A stretch of 64,000 nucleotides of DNA. Source: Rhizophagus irregularis (taxonomy: Eukaryota). The stretch lies in the NCBI RefSeq assembly GCF_026210795.1, contig NC_089432.1, positions 3,348,001 through 3,412,000 on the forward strand, given 5' to 3'. Positions within the stretch are counted from its first letter, which is position 1, and each line of letters starts with the position of its first letter. Below the pieces are notes generated by a model. That model saw only the letters and a program-made list of their open reading frames with translations. It had not been told where the DNA came from and ran no database searches. A program made the position numbers and the translations under genes. This document shows, one piece after another, positions 40,431 to 53,138 of this stretch.

Positions 40431-40779
40431 GTTAAGATCGTTATCTATAGGAATATTTTATATGGAGATTTTTTGATATCAGTCCTAAACTTTCCTACTG
40501 TATCTTCCAACTGAATGATTCGATTTATCTTGGACAACCAATGCTTCCTCCTTTAATTCCAAATGATCTCTGCATTTTTCAAGCTCTGCCTTTAATCTTT
40601 CTATTTCGTCCTCACGTGATACAACATTTTTTTTCAAGGTATGAAATATATCGCTCACAGCATTCTAGATCATTTACAAGTTTGCGGATTTTTCTTTATT
40701 AGTAATATTGTTAATCAGCTCTGGTACTAATTTTTCCACAATTCTTAATTTCTGCGATATGCACCCGTTACACCCATCT

Positions 40780-41730
40780 TTATCTTTTGTTAACCCTAAG
40801 GGAACTTTATTATACACCTAGGTGGTATTATCGGTCAGTAGAGAAATTTCATGAGGAAGTGAAAAAACAAGGTTATAATTTTGACTTATCTGATGATGTA
40901 CATGATTTTTTACATAGACAGGTAGTATGGCAAGTGAATGCACCTCATCCTAAGTACATTTCATATGCCTCCTTTACTGCTATTCCTAATGAAGTTAATA
41001 TGTCTGACATTTAATATGCCTATGCCTTCTGACAATTATATGAGATGAATATTTAAGTATCGTTTGCTGTAAAAGATATAGCTTCACGCTATCACCGTAG
41101 TCTTGCTTTGACTGATAAGTTATCCACACATACCGCTAAGGCATTTTGAGACTTTATATGATGATCCAGATTGTCCACTCATGATAGGGGAAAAGAGTAT
41201 GTAGCTAAGTGTAAAGAATTATTGACTAAACATGGTGTAAAAATACAGTATTGCTAATTCTAAACGTAAGGTGAGCATTATTGAACGTGATCACTTGATT
41301 GCAGAAAAACACTTTTCTTACGCGTGAAGCAGTTGAAGCTAGGCTTGCTCCTAGCGAACAGTGCAGAACTTGGATTAAATATCTTTGTGTACTAGATGAT
41401 GAAAAATTTAATAATTCTGTTACAAGATTAATAGGTATGACCCTCTGCAGAAGCGATAAAAAATAAGAAAGTTTATTCCAAATCCTCTTGTAAATACAAT
41501 AGACTTGATGAGTCACGTTTATTTACTTGAACATGTGGAACTTAAAGGTGGGCCTAAACGAAGAGGTACGATATGAACTGAAGTCATGAATTATTTGATA
41601 TTGGAGAAGTTCGTGTACATAAAAATCAACCAGTCCTTTATTGAATCACTTGATGGACCAAAGCATAGGGGAACCATTACTCATTAATGATGATGTTGAA
41701 CTACCTCCTGAGAGTGTTCTTCATTAATAA
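40780..41730 (+). mobile_element. Relic of a retroviral-type (Polinton/Maverick-like) integrase
   Basis: Broken frames: LYYTP..YY..V.DFL.RQ..WQVNAPHPK..ASF..PNEVNMSDI, KDIASRY, D-RGKEY, VSIIER, LIGMTL, ELKGGPKRRGT, DVELPPESVL. Confidence 0.6.
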
Positions 41731-42449
41731 TTACCCTCAATTTTAAGTTATGGATATAATTTTCTCATTCTAGTGATTATTTTATTTATGAATAATTACT
41801 TAATTTGATTTTATTATTCCAAAGGATAAAAAATTATTTATTAAACGATGACAACATTCAATAAAGAACAAAAGCTTTAAATTTAGACACACTTGGATTT
41901 CAATAGACTTTATCGAATATCAAATGGTAAAAATTGTATGAAAATTATAATAAATTAAATAAAAAGACTTTGGAAAAACACTGGGTGAAAGTTATCAACA
42001 CAATTATCATTGGATTTTATAACCAAGCCCATTACAATATAAGCAAATCACAGAACCAGTTCCCGCACATCGTGAGCAAACTAATCTCAATTGTAACCCA
42101 TTTATGACAGGTTGGATAGCACCTCCAGCGCCACCACAAATTCCACAGCAGACCCTCCCATTACCACAACAAATACGGCACTAGAGGATTTGTTATACAA
42201 TTAGCTCAATATTAACTCTTGGAAAGTAATAACGAAAAAAAGATAACTTACTCTAGTCATTTCGCTGTATTATAGAACGTATACGGTAAATTAGTGGTAA
42301 ACTATACTTGCACCGGAAAATATTAGCTTTAACGATAATATATAGTATGTGCGAGGAAATTCAAGAATGAAAATTCACTTTTGATTAACACAAAATGAAT
42401 AAGACGGGAGTATAAATATCTAAACAAATGATCCCATTGAATGCTGAAT

Positions 42450-42700
42450 TGGGAATCTAATCAAATGATTAATCGCTCAAATTGGAATAATTAATCGTCC
42501 TATTCTATTATCTATGAAAATTTCTAAATGATGAAACAGTATGCGAATTAGGTATTTAATCAAATGATTAATTTCTCAAATTGGAATAAGTGTTAGATTC
42601 TATTATCAGTAAATAACGAAACGGAATGATTAATCGTTCAAATTGGAATAGTTATATGTTATATTCTATTATCTATGAAATTTCTAAATGATGCAAAAAT
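42450..42700. repeat. Three degenerate tandem copies of a 70-100 bp unit
   Basis: AATGATTAAT...CAAATTGGAATA...ATTCTATTATC at about 42463, 42563 and 42625. Confidence 0.7.
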
Positions 42701-43593
42701 GAAATACTATGACGTAATTACCCTCATTCGCAATGCTAAATTCAACCTTTTGTCATTCAGAAACTAATTTTCATTTTATCTTTATTGGCGTAATTGTAAT
42801 AACAGTCAGGTGATTAACATAAAAATAGGCCAATCAATTATTGGTCACATGATAATTTATTATGAAAACGCTACAATTTTTAACGTTTATAGTTTAAGCA
42901 AGATGTTGGGCGTGTATAATACTCTTTTGTTCTTTTCACTAATCATTGACATATCACGCTATCTATTATTCTTATTATATCTAAATAAAAGAAAATAACT
43001 GATTTATATATTAACTTCATTCAAGAGGAACTTCTGTCGCACAAACAAAAAGCTTGATATAACGGAATTTCACGTGATTTTATATCCATATACCAATTAC
43101 CAGAAATTTTTACTGGAATGGATGGTTCCAGCATATCGAATCCCACTGTGTATTTAGTGAGTAAATTAGTCGATATTAAAAAAAAAGCTGTGTCAATAAG
43201 CGCCATATATCTATAGCAGAAGCAATTAACAAAATTGGCTAGAACTCATAACGGTGCTTGAAATGTAGAGTACTGTTTATAATTTTATTATTGTAGATAT
43301 GACATAATGACATAATGATACTATATATTCATTTTAAAAAATGCTCCGTAAACTAGATTATACGTTATCGTTCAGCCAAATAGGATCATGCAGATTTTCA
43401 TAGACCGATATTTTTATTAGCCATAGCAATAACACAATATTGATATAATAAAGTGGAGTAAAAAAATGACGTAAATGAATATTCTGTAGGAAAAGTTTAA
43501 ATAAAGCTTATAAAAATGAAATTTATAGAAAGCTTATTTATGATGTTATTAATTAATGCATGATCAAAAACGTCAGAACGATAACACTTTTGT

Positions 43594-43699
43594 GGGGCTA
43601 TATCGGTCACAGGACCGAATGATTGGATGAAAATGGGCCACGTAGTGGCCATTTTCACCAATCAATGAAGGGCCCTGTGACCGATATAGCTACTCCCCC
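43594..43699. other. GC-rich near-perfect palindrome about 100 bp upstream of the F-box pseudogene
   Basis: GCTATATCGGTCACAGG..TGATTGG.TGAAAATGGGCCAC-GTA-GTGGCCCATTTTCACCAATCA..CCTGTGACCGATATAGC. Confidence 0.8.
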
Positions 43700-43802
43700 A
43701 TCCAATAATATGTATATATAAGCCACATGATGTAAAGTATGATAGGTTTTGATCAATATAGAGCACTTCTCCTTTCATTTCTCTTTTTCTCTTTTAAAAC
43801 AA

Positions 43803-45457
43803 ATGGCATGTTCAAAAACATTTTCTGGTGATATACCAGAAGTGATGCAAAATATCATAAAATCACTTCATTCTTCTATTTTGATAAATAGAAATTGTTG
43901 TTTTCTCGCGATACCTTTACTTTGGAAAGATCCTTTTTCTGTTAAATATCGAAATAATTTATCACATCATTTCATTGACACATATTTTTCATTTTTAAAT
44001 GAAAATGACAGAGATAAAATTAATAAAATTAAATTTCACAAGTCAGATATAATAAGTTCATATAAACCTTTATTTAATTATCATACTTTAATAAAAACCT
44101 TATATACTTTCAGAATGGAATTACATGTTATAAATTGGCTCAACACTACAAGGAACTTCAAATGAAAAAGCTTATAATCAATTAATTACATTACAAGATG
44201 AATCTAATAAAGAAATCAGATTGGTCAAGGCAACAACCTTTTTGTAGAAATAATGTCATTTTAAACAAACTACATATAACGTTTGCATTTTATAATGAAC
44301 AACTTTTTAATTCTATTTATGAGTTGATTTTAAATTTAAATAATCCAACGTTCATATCAAATATTGAAGAATTTACTTTTCATTTATTTAATTATAACAA
44401 ATAATTCTCTATAATTAAACAATTTTTGTCTTATCTTCCATCAACTATATTAAATATATTGAATTTTTTCTTTTAGGATCAAGATAGAGAAGAAAAATTT
44501 ATTATTACAGATTTAATTAAATCACAGTCACAACTTTCTTCGATTTTCTTATGATATATTAAGTCATTCATTCTTGGATTCTTTAAAAATTCATCAATAA
44601 CATCATTAAATTTTGGCTCAGATATTCCATTTGATTTGAGTTATGATGCACTTTCTCATCCTACTCAACTTGAATCTCTTCAATTTAAAGATTGCGATTT
44701 GGATTCAAATATTTTTCGAACTTTACTTAAAATTAAAACACCATTGAAGATCAAAACTTTGGTCATTAAAAATATTCAGGTTAGAAAAAGTATCGAAATC
44801 GAATTATTCGTTCAAAAAGTTGGTTATTATATTAAAAAATTTGATTTTTGATATTGGATTTATTTATACCATTTTAAAAAACATTTATTTGATGCCATTA
44901 TTAATTATTGTGAAAGAATTCAATTTCTTACATTTATGTCATACTGATTTTAATGTTATTCCTAAATTATCTAAAATGATTTCCAATTTTAATAATACTT
45001 TTAAATTTCTTACCCTAGAAGTTAATTTTATCATTATAAACATTTTTCTTATAATGTTATTTTTTATGATGATGTTAATGTATTGAAAATTAGTTCAATG
45101 ATTTTAAAATTATTATGTGATTCTTTACCTCCTAATTTATGTTATTTAGATTTAAATCTTGTGGTTAATCCTGATGATTTAAAATTACTTTTCGATAATT
45201 GTGATCAAATTGATCTTAAAAGATTATTAATTAGAAATAGAAGTTCTCATAATTTAGATGTTACTTTAAATGTTATAAAAGATTTTATTAAGAATAAGAA
45301 TTTGAATTATTTATCCTATTCTATTAGAAATGATTCTAAATTTCGAAATAATTTGGAATTTTTATTTAAAGAAATTCAATCATTTGTTAAAATTAAGAAT
45401 TATTATGATTTAACTATTAAATTAGATAATATTGGTAATATAAAATTCAATTATTGA
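43803..45457 (+). pseudogene. F-box/LRR-like gene of the family expanded in Glomeromycota, disrupted
   Basis: N-terminus MACSKTFSGDIPE...LHSSILINR..C.LAIPLLWKDPF is an F-box-like signature with an internal deletion. The C-terminus reads SSMILK.L...LP..L.YLDLNL. The gene is split over five or more ORF fragments by stops and frameshifts. Confidence 0.75.
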
Positions 45458-48148
45458 ATTTTATTACATAATAATTTCTAATAATTGAAATTTAAATTTA
45501 TAATAAAGATACAGTATTTTTATAAAACATGATATGTTCTTTGTGTTGAAAATTATCTAAAATATCCCCAAATACTAATTTATAAGATCGATATGATGTG
45601 AACTTCAAAAAATCATTTTTTAGTTCATCTTGATTTGATTTCTACTCAACTCACACAAAAGCAATCATCGTAAAATTAAATAGAAATAGAAGGTTTGGTA
45701 CTGTGTCGTACTGTACTTCAAAGGAACTTGTATATTTTTTTCCAAAAACAGCTGTATCGGTATATAGGGGGGTTTGATGTGTTCTGGATCGCTCAAAATT
45801 AAGTTTTGAAATAATTAGTAAAATTGGTTTTATTTAATTTTTATGAGTTTGCATTTTTTGTATATTGTTTGATAATAAAGATAAATAAAATACTTGCATT
45901 TATCTATGTATAAAATCTGTAAATAAATACGTTATTTAAGATATTTCACATTTTAAAATCTTTCATGTTCTGTATTTGCTTAAATTTTAATAATTTATTT
46001 AACCAAAAATTACAAAATAAAATAAATATATAATTTAAAAAACTGGTTATTATATTTTAAACCCGTAATTTTCACTAATTTAGTTATAAAAAAAAATATT
46101 ATTCTACCAGCGAAGAAAAATAATAATCTATTCAAAATATTTTAACGTAAAAACCAACGTTAAACAGATTTTAAATTGTAGTCTTTGTTCAAAACTTTAC
46201 TGTGCTTATTAAATTCGATATTTTTGAACCTAAAAAATATTTTACTAAATAAGTTTATCATACCTTATTTGTAAAGTTTTTAAACTCTTCAACATATCAC
46301 AGAAACTCAGGGATTATATAAGCTGGGATTGACTTAAATAACATTATCAACATACGCGTAATGGATATGGCGCGTAAAATAATATTACATCATATCATCA
46401 TACTAATCACAATGATTCACAGTAAAATTATCTATAAAAACGCTTTTTTTCCTCATGGACTTTTTAGTTTCGAAAGTTTATTCTCTCAGTTTTCTAAAAG
46501 TTTTAGTTTTGAAAGTTTTTTTTCTCCTTTTACTATTTTTTATTATCTTTAAATATTATTTAAATATTTGCTATTTCTTTATTTCTTTAACATTCATTTT
46601 TTTCTTTAATATACAAACACCAACATTTTTCTAGCACCTTTAAACAACCGCCCTCCACCAACTCTTGTTAAATATTTACGCGTTATCTATAGCGTGTTTT
46701 GATATATTTAATACTCTATCATTTTCTTTTCTTGAACTTATATTTAATACATAACTTTCGTTCTTATCCTTTATACAAAAGTCTTGGAAGGTTTCTACTT
46801 AAATGTCAATAAAGATAAAGTTATTGGGCTTTTTTTGTTATTTTGGTAAGTGGAAATGACTAAGCTGGGATGTATAAGGGATTTGTGCACCTAGAGTGTT
46901 TCGGTTATCCTCCTCTTCTAGAAGTTTGGTTACCTTAAATGAGAAAACAACAGAAATAATTTCTCAAGCTATGTCGCAGACTTCTGTATGTGGGGCCCTT
47001 CCCTTTGGTGGTGGGTCTCACGTCTTATTATCAATGTGACAGTACCTCTGCACGAGTTTGATCACTCACGATATATCGTTAACGTCAGTTGATAGTAGGC
47101 GTGGGGGCTTGAATCTGTCTTTTCTGCAAAGCTTACTTAGAGTACTCGAGTCTTCTAATATATTTTTACCATATATTTTATTTTTTAGGTAATAAATAAT
47201 TCAATCTAACAAGTTGTAAATCTTAAAATCTGAGAAATATTTTTTTGGAAATAAAATTAAATTTCTTATATGGTAAATAAAATAATGAATTATATTTTTA
47301 CTTTTATCTTTAAACAATTTTTTGAATTTATTAAATTGAACTTATCCCGATATACAAAACTAACAATGAGAAAAATTTTTTGCTAATGATTTATCTAAAC
47401 GTTTGACTGTCAACTTTTAATTAATTACTATAAAGATTATATCATTTTTATATTAATTGATTAATTATCTCCCATAAGTAAGATCAGAAGCGGACCAACC
47501 TTTCCATCATACTAATTTTACGTAAAAAAGCTAATGGTAACGATCGCCTTACAAAGCTTTTCTCCCCTACTTTTGACCTCCACTTCCTTTTCCCTTCTAC
47601 CCTTTTTACTTTTCTTACCAATTTTTATTATATAAACTATTAAATAGTAACTTAGAAACTAACTCTGCCTTACTATTTGACATGTCAACTTGATTCGAAT
47701 TCATCAGTGATCATTTAATTTCCAATTCACCATCAGATGACTGTCCAGAAATCTTCAAATGTTTGTACGATTCAAGCTTTTATCCTGTTCATCGTTCATA
47801 TCAATTCTAGAATCCCTATATCATCTAGTCTTCTCCTGCTTCGTGGGCATTTACTGAAGTACTTATTGTAATCGGTGACAATTTATATGTACTATGTCTA
47901 ATAAAATATGCAGATTTAAATTCCTAATTTATGTTATATTTAGAATTACTATTTTTCAGACTATAACAGATAACTAAACAATCCTAAAAATAGTATACAG
48001 CAATATAATTTACCTTTTAAATGTTTATCGTAAGAAAGGAACATGTTTCTTAATTAAGATAATTACTAATCTTACATAACAATATTTGTTTATTAAAAAA
48101 ATGAATGCTTACCCGTTATTTATAATGAAAATTTATTCTAATTAACTA

Positions 48149-49858
48149 TGGTCCGGTGCAAAAAGATTTGTACCTCAAACAGAGGACCGAAAAAAAAATT
48201 TTTTATTATGTAAATTTTTTTTTTTATTTAATTATATCAATAACATGTTGGAAAAATCAAAATATGAATATTAGATTAAATAACGCAATCTTCATCAGAA
48301 TTATCATATTCGTCAAAATCTTCATCCATTAATTGTGCGTTATCGTCAAATTCTAAGTATTCCTTAGCATTTTTAAGTGCTCTTCTCCAGAACCCAATGA
48401 TTACCTGTGATGTAATTTTTTTTTTAAAAGCATTTAAAAGTGTATTTCGAACAGATAAAAGGTTTGGATGTGGGCCTGAATGTGCAACTTCACCCTTCAC
48501 AACTGACCAAATACCTTCAATTGGCTGAAGTTCACAATGATATGGAGGGGTAAATGAAACTTCATGTTCATACTGTTTTGCAATTTTAACACAAGCAAAT
48601 GTCACCTTTTCTTTGTTCATTTGAACCAGCTCCAAAAGTTCTGGTCTTCTTAATTCATCAGAAAAAACAATATTGTGAGCATTTAGCCAATCAATTATTT
48701 CCTGCTTTTTTGTATTTGAAGTTGGAATATTTTCAACCCGCCGTTTATGATAACTTGCTCCATCCATATGAATATTTACAGGTCCATATTTTTCATAAAG
48801 TGCTTTACAAAGAGTTGAAAAAAGGTCTTCAAAAATTTCTGCATTAAAATTTCCATGATAATCTACTTGATTTGGCATAATATTTGCATCTTTGACAACA
48901 TCGGGAATGTTATCCCATTCATCAGCATTGTTTCTTTTTCGTCCCCGGTTTCCAGGAGGTTTAATTGTTGGGTCCCAAATGTGAACAGAGTTGGGAACAA
49001 GTTCACCATGTAGTTTGTTGGAAGATCCATTTCGGAATACAATAATTGCTCCAAAAATTACTACTAATGGACCATGTCCAGGTGCTAAAACAACACCTTG
49101 ATGGGGAACCCATGTATTGCGTGAAGTATGATGTAAATGACAGTAAGACTCATCAAGAAAGACTTCTGGACGACGTGGAACATCATTTTTTCCTTCTAAA
49201 TTAGCAAAACGAAATCGAAGATAACGGCAACGGTATGCAACATTATTTGGTGACTCATGGAGAATGTTTCTACGTTCTCCCTGGCCAAAATAATAACCCA
49301 AGCGATGTAATACTCGAAGAAGCTTCCATTTAGAAAAATTATATCCTTGTTCTAGAAGATACTGTCGTAGGATAACTGTGGAAAGTTGCTCAGCCTTTTT
49401 GTTGGCATCCAAAATTTTTGTACGCAAAAGTTCTGAAACATTTTCATCGGGTTGAAATTTAGGTCTTCCGAGGACTTTATGTGGTGTAAAAGTATCATCA
49501 CTGCGGTTGTACCAGTCCGACACCACACTTCCAACTGTACCCTCAGCTACACCCAATATCTCAGCAATATGCTTGCGTAATGTTAGCTTATGATGATCAT
49601 TACTTGTAGAGCTATCCCCCAAAAGATAGTTGTGAATGTTAATTATCATTGATTTTTCGTTATCTGTTAATGGTGCACCATTTCGTTTCAGGAAATGAGA
49701 ATATATGGTATGGAAAAAAATTTTTGAGAGAATGTGTGTTTGGATATGTTCTAACAAATTCTTGAATATCAGCCCACCTTATTTAAGTCGTACGATATTT
49801 TTATTGGCGTAAATCCATCCCTTTTTTGGTGAGGTACAAATCTTTTCGCACCGGACCA
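48149..49858 (-). mobile_element. IS630/Tc1/mariner-type DNA transposon, apparently intact (1710 bp)
   Basis: 29-bp TIRs TGGTCCGGTGC(A/G)AAAAGATTTGTACCTCA with one mismatch, TA on both sides, and a single long transposase ORF. Confidence 0.92.
48276..49649 (-). CDS. DDE transposase with DD81E spacing (Sailor/DD82E-like)
   Basis: HTH-like region (IAEILGVAEGTVGSVV), VFLDESY, IHMDGASYH and PPYHCELQPIEGIW. I count 81 residues between the second D and E. The first in-frame ATG is at 49649; the frame is open up to 49757. Confidence 0.88.
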   Translation of the reverse strand: MIINIHNYLLGDSSTSNDHHKLTLRKHIAEILGVAEGTVGSVVSDWYNRSDDTFTPHKVLGRPKFQPDENVSELLRTKILDANKKAEQLSTVILRQYLLEQGYNFSKWKLLRVLHRLGYYFGQGERRNILHESPNNVAYRCRYLRFRFANLEGKNDVPRRPEVFLDESYCHLHHTSRNTWVPHQGVVLAPGHGPLVVIFGAIIVFRNGSSNKLHGELVPNSVHIWDPTIKPPGNRGRKRNNADEWDNIPDVVKDANIMPNQVDYHGNFNAEIFEDLFSTLCKALYEKYGPVNIHMDGASYHKRRVENIPTSNTKKQEIIDWLNAHNIVFSDELRRPELLELVQMNKEKVTFACVKIAKQYEHEVSFTPPYHCELQPIEGIWSVVKGEVAHSGPHPNLLSVRNTLLNAFKKKITSQVIIGFWRRALKNAKEYLEFDDNAQLMDEDFDEYDNSDEDCVI

Positions 49859-50130
49859 TACAATCATTTTAAAAAATGAGTATATTCGAAAGTGAGAATA
49901 AAGCTGTATAGTAATATTTTAAAAACAAGTTAGTACTAATTATAACTCATTGTTTAAATAATTTAGTTGATGATAAAGTCATTTTTAATGTAATGTAATT
50001 TAAACTCTTCTAAATTAAATTATGTACGAGAATAAATTATTATTTATATATAATTTCTTTTTTAAATACAGTACATAGAATTTTTATATTCAATTCAATA
50101 TATGTAATTCCGAAATAATATAGACATATA

Positions 50131-50291
50131 CAGTCTAACCCGATTTACCGATATTCAAAACTTGATATACTGATAAAATTTTATTTTCCCACTATATGTG
50201 AGGACATAAATATCGGTATAACTTTGATATAACGATATTTTCTAAAAATTTCATATATGTCCCAACATATCGTTATATAAAGGTTTGACTG
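50131..50291. mobile_element. Tc1/mariner/pogo-type MITE relic
   Basis: TA-CAGTCTAACC ... GGTTTGACTG-TA. Confidence 0.6.
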
Positions 50292-50851
50292 TAACATATA
50301 CAGTATGTACTAGAAAATCAAAAATACGCTCGCAGATTTATATCACATCAAATTCTTAAGAATATTTTCAGCGACTCAAAAAAATCTACAAAACCCAACT
50401 TATAAAGATGGACCTACAGGATTAACTGACATTGAAACAACTCTACAATTATACAAAGTAAAAACTTTAGATTTTGAGTAATATTATTTTAAATTTTGTG
50501 TTTAAGACAATGTGAATATTATGGAAGAAAATTTTTTTTTTAAAAAAAAATAAATAATAAAGGCTTGATAGTACTTAGTTGACCTTAGTTAAAGTAATTA
50601 AAATATTTCATAAAATAATTCAGGAGATCATTATACATATTTAATTTAGACTATGTATATCATTTATTTTTTTTAGTAAAGTACAATATATTTAAACGTC
50701 TAACAAGGATACTTATTTATTATAATCAAATTAAAATTAATATAAATCTAATTCTACATAAATAATTTAATAAATTCTGGTGTTTAAATCTATGTTCTTG
50801 TATAATGGTAAAATTTACAAATAAATGGAATTATTTTTTAACTAATTTACA

Positions 50852-53138
50852 TTAATTTTTTCTAATTGTTCTAAGTTCTTTTAATTTATTTTGAGCTTTT
50901 TGATGTCCTTGTTTAGCTGATTGTTCATACCAATAAATTGCTTTATCTAAATCTTTTTCAATTCCTCTTCCATATTTATACTTACTTGCAAGATTATATT
51001 GAGCCTTATTATGTCCTAAATTTGCAGCCTTCTGATATAATTCAACTGCCTTTTGCTCATCAATATTTATTCCAATTCCAAAATCATAACAATATCCCAA
51101 CATCATTATTCCACCTAAATATCCTCCTTCAGCTGATATTTTAAATAATTCAATAGCTTTTTTATCATCTTTCTCAACTCCATTTCCATTTCTATATAAA
51201 TTTCCAAGATTACACATAGATATCAAATGTCCATTATTTACAGCTTTTTCATACCAATATACGGCCATTTTTAAATCTTTTTTGACACTTATTCCATTAT
51301 CATAAAACCAACCTAATTTAAATTGTCCTACTGCATAATTTTTATTAGCTACTTTTTCATAATATTCAAATGCCAACTTTTCATTTTTTATAATTCCTTT
51401 TCCAAATTCATAACATTTTCCAGCAAAATATTGTGCCAATATATGATCCTGCTCCAGTGCATTAATAAATAAACTGAATGCTTCCTCATTATCTTTGGTT
51501 GATCCAATTCCATAACAATTAAAATATCCAAGTAAAAAAATAGAATCTGAAGTATTTTGATTATTTAATAACCAATTATAAATTACTTTTGAATTTACAT
51601 TATGACTATTAAAATAATCAAGAACATGCTGTTTTACCTTATCTATCTCGTTTTTATTAACACCCTTAAAAATAAGATCAACTATTTCGTTAATCATAAT
51701 GCTAAAATGATTCTCAGACGAAATATTTTCATTAATTTGTTCGTTTGTAGACATTTCTATTTCACTTGTATTCAGATTAGTAAAATTTTGGATCACTTTG
51801 GATAGATCTCCATGCACTGAATTTCCTACACTATTTGGAGTTAAATTCTCATTTGGCGTAAAATAAGTTTGGTTGGAAATATCATTCTGTTGATCAATCG
51901 TCGTGCTATTTGAATTTGGAATAAATACTCTTAATCTATTACCAACCTCATATATAGTTGGTCGTTTACTTGGTTCATTATTCCAACATTCTAATAATTA
52001 AAGTATTTGATTAAAATAATGACTTTATTAAGTAAAACAAACAATACATTGAAATCATATTTACCAGTATAAAGATTTGAATAATCATTAGGAGTATCAG
52101 GAATAATTTCTTCTCTTCGGCCCCGTGAAATGTCATAGCTTAAACCAATATTATTTTTCTCTTCATGAAATGGTGGTTTCCCACTTGATATTTCCCATAA
52201 TAAAACGCCAATACTATATACATCGCTCTTCTCATTTAATTTTGAATCATTACCATTCATTAATGCTTTTGGATCAATATAGGGAGTCATACCACGTAGT
52301 CTTGATTGTGAATTCGATGCTTCATCAATCCTTTTTGATAATCCAAAGTCCGCCAACTTGATAGAATTTTGATGAACCAACACATTACAGGAATGCTATT
52401 ATAATTTATAATATATAAAAGATATTAATTTAATTCGTAAAATATTTTGATTACTTTATTAAAAAAAATTACCAAGTCACGGTGAATGATCCCTTCATCA
52501 TGTAGACATAATACGGAACAAGCTAACTGATATGCCAAATTAAATTTATTATTCCAATCAAGTCTATTGAAATTTTTGTTCAAATAATCACGAAGAGTAC
52601 CACCGTCAGCGTATTCCATTACCAACAAATAATTTTTTGTTTGGTGAATTATGTTTTCTAACGTAAAAAAAAAGAAATAAGTTTTTTTTTTAAAAAAATA
52701 ATAATTACTTAAATTTTAGATATTATACTTGATATTTAAATACCTGACTCAATTCTTGCAATTCCATAAAAGCGAATAATATTACTATGAAAATCTACTT
52801 CTCTTTGAAGTTTAAGCTAAATTATGAACGTTACAATAATTAAATATTAAAAGAATACGCAAAAATTAAAATATTTTTTATGAAAACAAACTTTTTAATA
52901 ATAAAATTACCTCATTAACAATTTCTTTTAAAGTAATGCTGTTAAGATTAAAAAAAGATTTTAACACTAAATAATTATCAAAATTTTTCCAATTTGCACG
53001 AAAAACCTTTCCGAATGCTCCGGAACCAATTTCTTTAATATTTTTAAAATTTTCATATTCATAATTTTTAATATGTTTCTTAATAATAGCTTCCTCAATC
53101 CAATTAATCCATTCATCAATATCTTCGTTATTTTGCAT
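50852..53138 (-). CDS. Kinase-Sel1 repeat gene g9 (5 exons, about 6 Sel1 repeats, no CaaX)
   Basis: ATG at 53138 (MQNNEDIDEW). Motifs GSGAFGKV, VLK, HRDL|HSCNVL, ADFG, YIDPK, CWNNEPSKRP; Sel1 repeats in 50852-51600. Confidence 0.9.
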
